Below, in pieces: positions 35,812 to 40,461 of a DNA stretch of 40,461 bases (its first letter is position 1; each line of letters begins with the position of its first letter). The stretch lies in contig CBDTZL010000001.1 of NCBI GenBank assembly GCA_965364895.1, forward strand, positions 1 through 40,461. Reading direction: 5' to 3'. Made by a program: the position numbers and the translations under genes. The DNA comes from an uncultured bacterium (GTDB taxonomy: Bacteria; Chloroflexota; Anaerolineae; Anaerolineales; E44-bin32). The notes under the pieces were generated by a model. It did no database searches. It was not told the DNA's origin and saw only the letters and a program-made list of their open reading frames with translations.

Positions 35812-35856
35812 TTGCCCCAACGACAACCTGCGGATTTTATCATGCGTTGGGGACAA
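35812..35856. repeat. Inverted repeat TTGCCCCAACG-N22-CGTTGGGG(A)CAA bracketing the candidate rnj -10 element
   Basis: CCCCAACG at 35815-35822 and CGTTGGGG at 35845-35852 are perfect complements, extended by TTG/CAA across one bulged A. The 22-nt spacer contains, on the minus strand, TGATAAAAT (plus-strand 35834-35842), an extended -10-like box. Confidence 0.6.
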
Positions 35857-35876
35857 TTGCATGCCTGTCAACAACC

Positions 35877-35905
35877 TTGACCGCCTCCTAGTCGCTGGAT
35901 ATAGT
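35877..35905 (+). promoter_or_regulatory. Sigma-70-type promoter for the riboswitch-btuFCD transcript
   Basis: TTGACC (35877-35882), a 17-nt spacer, then TATAGT (35900-35905); about 20 nt upstream of the riboswitch P1. Confidence 0.6.
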
Positions 35906-35919
35906 ACAGCCAACCTGAA

Positions 35920-36120
35920 ATTAGGGGTTGAGGTGGCCTGCCGCCCGGAAGCGGAGGCCATCAAGGGGAAGCCGGTAACTTCGGATGCCCGGTAGGCTTC
36001 GGATGCACAAGCGTCTTGATGCCGGCCAAGGGCTGCCAAAGCCAGTCCGGCGCTGTCCCGCAACTGTAAGCCGAGCGATCGCTGGAAGGTCACTCGTGCA
36101 AGCCAGGATACCCGCCTCCA
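35920..36120 (+). promoter_or_regulatory. Cobalamin (B12) riboswitch
   Basis: Conserved core elements in the right order: AAGGGGAAGCCGGTAACTTCGG (about 35963-35984), GCGCTGTCCCGCAACTGTAAGC (about 36050-36071), and the B12 box AGCCAGGATACCCGCC (36101-36116). P1 candidate: AGGTGG (35931-35936) pairing with CCGCCT (36112-36117). It lies directly upstream of a BtuF-like ABC operon. Confidence 0.85.
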
Positions 36121-36159
36121 CCCCGCGCTAGTTACCCCTTCGCGGAAAGGAGGTTGCGC

Positions 36160-36267
36160 ATGGATCCACTCGTTTGTGGACCCAGGCCTTCCCGAAGTGG
36201 GGGAAGGCTTTTTTCTTTCCCCATCTTCAGACCACCCGTCACACCACACAAAAGGAGTACGCAATGA
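36160..36267 (+). CDS. Candidate 35-codon leader ORF (MDPLVCGPRPSRSGGRLFSFPIFRPPVTPHKRSTQ) between riboswitch and btuF
   Basis: ATG at 36160 sits 6 nt after a near-perfect SD, AAAGGAGG (GGAGG at 36149-36153). The ORF spans the terminator hairpin, and its TGA (36265-36267) overlaps the btuF ATG (36264-36266) as ATGA. There is no conservation evidence, so translation is unproven. Confidence 0.3.
   Translation: MDPLVCGPRPSRSGGRLFSFPIFRPPVTPHKRSTQ
36184..36216 (+). terminator. Intrinsic terminator / riboswitch expression platform
   Basis: AGGCCTTCCC-GAAGTGG-GGGAAGGCTT (8 GC-rich pairs plus a G-U and an A-U pair) followed by TTTTTTC; 65 nt after the B12 box and 48 nt before btuF. Confidence 0.7.
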
Positions 36268-37184
36268 GATCGTTATTGACTCGCGGAGTATTTGCGCTGG
36301 GTATCGCTTTCATCCTGGCCGCCTGTGCTGCTCCCGAACCTCTTCCTGCAGAGCCGTACGAGCTGACCGATGGCCTGGGACGGGAGATCTCTCTTCCAAG
36401 TTCGGTCGAGCGAATCGTTTCCTTAGCCCCTTCCAACACCGAAATGCTATTTGCGATCGGAGCCGGAGCTCAGGTCGTTGGCCGTGATGAAGTGTCAGAC
36501 TATCCGACCTCGGCCTCTAAGGTAGCGAGCATCGGCAGCACCTTCGGCGAGCTAAATACCGAAGCGATCCTGGCGCTCGAACCGGACCTTGTGCTGGCCG
36601 CAGACATCACGGCTCCTGAACAGCTCCAGTCGTTAGAGGCGTTGGGTCTGACGACCTTCGTCGTCCCCAATCCCACGGATTTCGATGGGCTCTACGACAA
36701 TCTGCTCACCATGGGTGAGATAACCGGCCACACGGTTGAGGCAGCAGATCTGGCCGATGAACTGCGCTCCCGGATGGAGGCGGTGACCGCGATAACCATC
36801 AATGCGGATCCCACAACGGTTTTCTATGAGATCGATGGCAGTGATCCTACCGCTCCCTGGACAACAGGATCCAGCACCTTCCAAGACCTGCTGATCGAGC
36901 TGGCCGGTGGAGCAAACGTGGCAGCCGGGATCGAAGGCTGGGGACAAATCGATCTGGAGGAGTTGGTAATCCAGGACCCTGAAGTGATCGTATTTGCAAC
37001 GGGTCCCTTCATTGTCACCACCAGCCAATCGCTAGCTGAGCGCCCGGGCTGGGGCGGGATCGCCGCGGTTCGATCCGGGCGAGTGATATCCATCGACACC
37101 AATTGGGTCGATCGCCCGGGGCCGCGTCTCATCGATGGCCTGGAGGCGCTGGCGCGCGCGCTGCATCCAGAACTCTTCGATTGA
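36264..37184 (+). CDS. btuF: Cobalamin/siderophore-type ABC transporter periplasmic substrate-binding lipoprotein (BtuF-like)
   Basis: ATG at 36264 preceded by AAGGAG (36252-36257). Lipoprotein signal MRSLLTRGVFALGIAFILAAC. RIVSLAPSNTEMLFAIGAGAQVVGRD is typical of the class-8 binding-protein family. The symbol rests on the upstream B12 riboswitch. The track start at 36174 is rejected. Confidence 0.85.
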   Translation: MRSLLTRGVFALGIAFILAACAAPEPLPAEPYELTDGLGREISLPSSVERIVSLAPSNTEMLFAIGAGAQVVGRDEVSDYPTSASKVASIGSTFGELNTEAILALEPDLVLAADITAPEQLQSLEALGLTTFVVPNPTDFDGLYDNLLTMGEITGHTVEAADLADELRSRMEAVTAITINADPTTVFYEIDGSDPTAPWTTGSSTFQDLLIELAGGANVAAGIEGWGQIDLEELVIQDPEVIVFATGPFIVTTSQSLAERPGWGGIAAVRSGRVISIDTNWVDRPGPRLIDGLEALARALHPELFD

Positions 37185-38212
37185 TTGCCAGGCGCTCGAT
37201 TTCCCCCTGGGTGTGGACCGTCGGAGCGCTCGTGGTGGCGCTGCTCGCCTCCGTCGCCATTGGTGCGGTGCCGATCCCGCTGCAAGATGTTATTCGGCTC
37301 ATGGTCCCTTGGCTGGCAGATACCGAAATTGACACCCCTGCGGCGTTCGCGACCATCCTGTACGAGATTCGCCTCCCAAATTTGATTCTGATCGCGCTGG
37401 CTGGTATGGCGCTCGGAGCCAGCGGGACCGCCTTTCAAGGTCTCTTTCGCAACCCCCTGGCGGATCCCTACGTCATTGGGATCGCGGCCGGGGCGGGCCT
37501 TGCGGCGGTGCTGGCAATGGTCGCACGCTGGCCGGCGGACGTTTTGGGGATGGCAGCTGTCCCGGCTGCCGCCTTTGTGGGCGCGTTGCTGACCGTGGGG
37601 TTGGTTTATGCGCTGGCCCGTGTGGGTCGATCGACACCAGTCCCCACGCTGATTCTTGCCGGAGTGGCGGTAAGTTCCTTTGCTACCGCCATCACCAGCA
37701 CGGTCATGCTGCTCTCCACTTCCGAGCTGCATCGGGCCGTGACCTGGATGGTCGGTGGGTTTTCGCTGGGGGGCTGGGGACCGGTTATGGCTTCGCTGCC
37801 CTACGTGGCGATCGCGATTGCGGTCCTGCTCCCGCTTGGCAGACCGTTGGACGTCCTCCAGTTCGGTGACGAACAAGCCAGTCAGCTAGGGCTGAATGTC
37901 GACCGCCTGAAGCTGGTGATTGTGGTGGCGGCCTCGCTGGCAGCCGCTACGGCGGTAGCGTTCCTTGGAATCATCGCCTTTGTCGGCCTGGTCGTCCCGC
38001 ATCTGGCGCGGCTGCTCTGGGGAACCAGTTACCGGCGTCTGCTGCCGCTCGCGACCCTGCTCGGCGCGAGCTTTCTGCTGTTCGCCGACATCATCGCCCG
38101 TTCCATCCTCTCCCCCCGTGTGCTGCCGGTGGGAGTCGTGACCGCCATCGTAGGCGCGCCCTTCTTCCTGTACCTGCTCGCCCGCTCGAAGCGAAAGCTC
38201 ATGGCCTGGTGA
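37181..38212 (+). CDS. btuC: FecCD/BtuC-family ABC transporter permease
   Basis: RLPNLILIALAGMALGASGTAFQGLFRNPLADPYVIGIAAGAGL and the rest of a ~9-10-TM FecCD pattern. The start is uncertain: TTG 37181 (TTGA overlap with the btuF stop) or GTG 37208. The track start at 37103 lies inside btuF. Confidence 0.85.
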   Translation: MIARRSISPWVWTVGALVVALLASVAIGAVPIPLQDVIRLMVPWLADTEIDTPAAFATILYEIRLPNLILIALAGMALGASGTAFQGLFRNPLADPYVIGIAAGAGLAAVLAMVARWPADVLGMAAVPAAAFVGALLTVGLVYALARVGRSTPVPTLILAGVAVSSFATAITSTVMLLSTSELHRAVTWMVGGFSLGGWGPVMASLPYVAIAIAVLLPLGRPLDVLQFGDEQASQLGLNVDRLKLVIVVAASLAAATAVAFLGIIAFVGLVVPHLARLLWGTSYRRLLPLATLLGASFLLFADIIARSILSPRVLPVGVVTAIVGAPFFLYLLARSKRKLMAW

Positions 38213-38255
38213 TGATGGGAACCAGATTTGAAGGGCGGGCGTCCTCTTCGTTGAC

Positions 38256-39053
38256 ATGGATCTATTCGAAGCGATGACGCCAACCCTCGAAATTCGGAAC
38301 GTCACGATGGGCTATGGAGACACCATTGTGCTGCGTGATGTGAGCCTTGAGATCAGCCCGGGAGAGGTGCTGGCGGTCATTGGTCCTAATGGGGTCGGCA
38401 AATCCACACTGGTGCGGATCGCGAGCGGCACTCTGGATCCCATGCGCGGGCAGGTGGGGATAAACGGGGACTCTCTGGGCGAGCTGAAACCGGATGAGCG
38501 CGCACGCCTTGTATCGGTGGTTCCGCAAGCCAACAATCTACCGCCGACGTTTCGAGCGCTGGATGTCGTGTTGATGGGACGCACCCCCTATTTGGGCTGG
38601 CTGGGTTCCGAAGGCGATGCGGACTACCAGGTGGTGAAAGAGGCTATGGAGCGCACGAGTACGTTGGAGATGGCCGAGCGACCCATCGAAGAGCTATCCG
38701 GCGGCGAGCAGCAGCGCGTTCTTATTGCCCGCGCCCTGGCGCAGGCGGCGCCGATCATGCTGCTTGATGAGCCGACCGCCCATCTCGACCTTCGCCACCA
38801 GGATCAGGTGCTGGGCCTGGCGCGTGGCTTAGCGAAGGAAAGTGGCATGGCAATTATGCTTGCGCTGCACGATCTGAATCTAGTCTCGCGTTTCGCGGAT
38901 CGAGTGGCGCTCCTGTCCGATGGAGAGGTGCGCAAACTCGGCAGCCCGGAGGACGTGATGCTGCCTGATCTTCTGGCGGGAGTCTATGGAATCCACATCG
39001 AAGTCGTTCCCAGTCCCATCGATGGCAAACCGTTAGTCCTGTCCGCCGAGTAA
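38256..39053 (+). CDS. btuD: ABC transporter ATP-binding protein (BtuD/FecE-like)
   Basis: Walker A GPNGVGKSTL, signature LSGGEQQRVLIARAL, Walker B IMLLDEPTAHLD, H-loop ALHDLN. Confidence 0.9.
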   Translation: MDLFEAMTPTLEIRNVTMGYGDTIVLRDVSLEISPGEVLAVIGPNGVGKSTLVRIASGTLDPMRGQVGINGDSLGELKPDERARLVSVVPQANNLPPTFRALDVVLMGRTPYLGWLGSEGDADYQVVKEAMERTSTLEMAERPIEELSGGEQQRVLIARALAQAAPIMLLDEPTAHLDLRHQDQVLGLARGLAKESGMAIMLALHDLNLVSRFADRVALLSDGEVRKLGSPEDVMLPDLLAGVYGIHIEVVPSPIDGKPLVLSAE

Positions 39054-39166
39054 ACTTCGGGTCAAGCGATGATGGAAAGCGCTCGATCTGAACCCAAGCT
39101 CAAGCGCATCTGCCCCTCAGCATGCTAGTCGCGAGCCACTGACTCGGAATTATCTAGGAGCTCCTT

Positions 39167-39796
39167 ATGCCGACTGTGGAACAGGCGCGTGAGTGGTATT
39201 CGGCAGACGATCCGGTACATGGATTTGACCATGTGCTGCGCGTCATGCGTTCGGCCGAAGAGATCGGCGAGGAACTGGGAGCGGACCTCGAGGTGCTGCG
39301 AGCCGCGGCCCTGCTCCACGATGCGGCTGATGCGGACCCACGCGAGAACCGAACCGAGCATGAGAATGCTTCCGCCGAATTCGCACAAAAGCTACTCGGT
39401 GATGAAGGCTGGCCCGAAGAGCGCGTTCATGCAGTTACCGAGTGCATTGTGAGCCACCGCTACCGAGGCAAGCAGAGGCCGAAGTCACTGGAAGCCAAAA
39501 TTCTCTTCGACGCAGACAAACTTGATGTCATTGGTGCGTTTGGCGTAGCACGCACGCTCGGGTACGCCATGCAAGCCGGGCAGCCGATGTTTGCCGAACC
39601 TTCCGACCACTTCATGGAGACTGGCCAGACCATCCCCGGCGAGCCTCACAGCGCCTACCATGAGTACCTATTTAAGCTGCGCAACGTAAAGGATCGGCTC
39701 CACACCGACCCCGCCCGCCGCCTGGCGGCGGAACGCGAGCAGGTCCTGGTGAGCTTCTTCGAACAGCTCGCGGCCGAGGCGCGTGGCGAAGGCTAA
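39167..39796 (+). CDS. HD-domain metal-dependent phosphohydrolase
   Basis: HGFDHVLRV...AALLHDAAD (H...HD) and FDADKLD motifs. AGGAG lies 6-7 nt before the ATG. Confidence 0.8.
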   Translation: MPTVEQAREWYSADDPVHGFDHVLRVMRSAEEIGEELGADLEVLRAAALLHDAADADPRENRTEHENASAEFAQKLLGDEGWPEERVHAVTECIVSHRYRGKQRPKSLEAKILFDADKLDVIGAFGVARTLGYAMQAGQPMFAEPSDHFMETGQTIPGEPHSAYHEYLFKLRNVKDRLHTDPARRLAAEREQVLVSFFEQLAAEARGEG

Positions 39797-39916
39797 GTTT
39801 CTCTAACAATTCTATAACGTAAGCGCGAGATACTTGAACACGTCAAAGATGCAAGGAATAGTCTCCGCGCGTGACAGCGTACGATTGATGTGTATGGCGC
39901 GGTGAGGAAGGTAGCA

Positions 39917-40461
39917 ATGGACCGAGGGATCCCACTCTTCAAGGTAAACGGCATCCAAATACGGATGCACTATACGTTTCCGCTTATTCTGGTCTTTGCT
40001 GCGGTGCAGTTTGCGACGATCACCGGCCGCGGCCTGACCGGCGCGTTGTTTGGCGTCATCGTGACCTCGATATTGTTCGCGATTGTGGTCCTGCATGAGC
40101 TCGGACACAGCTTCGCGGCGCAGCACTACGGCATTCAGGTAAAACAGATCGTACTTCTGCCCATTGGCGGACTTGCTCAGCTAGCACGAATGCCTGAAAA
40201 GCCCAGCCAGGAACTGGTAATCTCGGCCGCCGGGCCCCTGGTGAACTTCGCTCTGGCTGGAGTACTGGCCGTGCTCGGCCTGGCCTACGGTCAGGAATTG
40301 GGTCTGCGGTTTGCATTTGGACTCCCTGCGGGGATCACGTTCGGTGCGGTTTTCAGCTACATCTTCGCCGCAAACCTGTTCTTAGGCTTGTTCAATCTAC
40401 TGCCGGCGTTTCCGATGGACGGTGGCCGCATCCTCCGCTCGCTGCTCGCCATGCGCATCGA
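39917..40461 (+). CDS. Site-2 protease family (M50) membrane metalloprotease; 3' end runs off the right edge
   Basis: Not in the ORF track because there is no stop in the window. ATG at 39917 after GAGGAAGG. My translation is MDRGIPLFKVNGIQIRMHYTFPLILVF...VVLHELGHSFAAQHYG (HExxH) ... FNLLPAFPMDGGRIL (the NxxPxxxxDGG motif). Confidence 0.85.
   Translation, partial: MDRGIPLFKVNGIQIRMHYTFPLILVFAAVQFATITGRGLTGALFGVIVTSILFAIVVLHELGHSFAAQHYGIQVKQIVLLPIGGLAQLARMPEKPSQELVISAAGPLVNFALAGVLAVLGLAYGQELGLRFAFGLPAGITFGAVFSYIFAANLFLGLFNLLPAFPMDGGRILRSLLAMRI

Noticed and set aside
35701-36264. 187-aa minus-strand ORF filling the rnj-btuF intergenic region, plus smaller ORFs at 35801-35995(+) and 35921-36121(-)
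   Set aside because: The region is explained by two divergent promoters, the cobalamin riboswitch and its terminator. The ORF translation is Arg/Ser/Pro-rich with no motifs and no SD.
36824-37876. 350-aa minus-strand ORF, together with similar long antisense or alternate-frame ORFs at 25729-26394(-), 22464-22991(-), 6080-6709(-), 5289-5795(-), 31225-31833(+), 31515-32018(-), 14277-14840(+) and 16105-16686(-)
   Set aside because: All lie entirely inside well-supported genes on the other strand or frame (FecCD permease, heparinase-like, oxidoreductase, APC fusion, DegT, EEP fusion, WecC/WecB). They translate to Arg/Pro/Ser/Gly-rich low-complexity sequence with no motifs. These are typical shadow ORFs of GC-rich DNA.
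39834-39862. Possible promoter TTGAAC-17-AATAGT upstream of the M50 protease, and a TAAAAT box at about 21949-21954 upstream of the bi-domain oxidoreductase
   Set aside because: These are only partial consensus matches with weak partner elements. They are not distinguishable from chance in AT-richer intergenic DNA without transcription-start data.
39812-40126. 104-aa minus-strand ORF near the right edge
   Set aside because: It is antisense to the much better supported M50 site-2 protease gene (HELGH and NxxPxxxxDGG motifs), which starts at 39917 on the plus strand.
1-40461. Scan for CRISPR arrays, IS elements or terminal inverted repeats, integrases, prophage genes, toxin-antitoxin pairs, retron/DGR-like repeats and known defence gene signatures
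   Set aside because: I could see no periodic repeat-spacer structure, no transposase, recombinase or reverse-transcriptase motifs in any frame, and no template/variable repeat pairs. The only repeats found are the short ones reported at 11051-11201, 16434-16490 and 35812-35856.

Overview
This is a 40.5-kb GC-rich (roughly 58-60 % by eye) bacterial chromosomal segment. I found no rRNA, tRNA, CRISPR array, transposase, integrase or recognisable defence genes. I can support about 37 protein-coding genes, one cobalamin riboswitch, three intrinsic terminators, two good sigma-70-type promoters and three small repeat features. The gene content (RNase J, M32 carboxypeptidase, VanW, a Gmad2-like lipoprotein, DUF389) suggests a Chloroflexota-like genome, as do the many genes without a Shine-Dalgarno (SD) sequence and the frequent 4-8-nt start/stop overlaps. 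That placement is inference only.

Layout:
- 1-4715, minus strand: Wzy_C/O-antigen-ligase-like protein with TPR repeats (partial, absent from the ORF track), HEAT-repeat protein, Trm112-like protein, VanW.
- 4866-7982: a 1038-aa fusion of APC permease, two USP domains and DUF389.
- 7985-14977, minus strand: housekeeping and envelope genes (Gmad2 lipoprotein, small membrane protein, M32 carboxypeptidase, 2-hydroxyacid dehydrogenase, CPBP protease, an RpiB-like remnant, a polytopic-membrane/EEP fusion).
- 15164-32254, plus strand: a 17-kb glycan (EPS/O-antigen-like) biosynthesis locus. It encodes WecC and WecB, four GT4 glycosyltransferases, FkbM and type-11 methyltransferases, a bi-domain MDR+Gfo/Idh/MocA oxidoreductase, a heparinase II/III-like protein, a small initiating phosphoglycosyl transferase, and a terminal ATP-grasp/HAD/DegT module. 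A self-contained small-gene cassette interrupts it.
- 32319-35700, minus strand: Pro/Thr-rich membrane protein, parvulin PPIase lipoprotein, RNase J.
- 35877-39053: promoter, cobalamin riboswitch, a leader ORF containing a terminator, then btuFCD-like ABC transporter genes.
- 39167-40461: HD hydrolase and a partial M50 site-2 protease, which is also absent from the ORF track.

Most of the window is ordinary. The best candidates for something undescribed are:
- the ATP-grasp/HAD/aminotransferase decoration module of a ManNAcA-based glycan locus that has no acetyltransferase and no exporter or polymerase;
- the riboswitch / leader-ORF / terminator / ATGA-coupled architecture upstream of btuF;
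- the autonomous 63-aa gene cassette inside the glycan locus;
- two unusual membrane fusions.

All family assignments come from motif recognition by eye. No searches were run.
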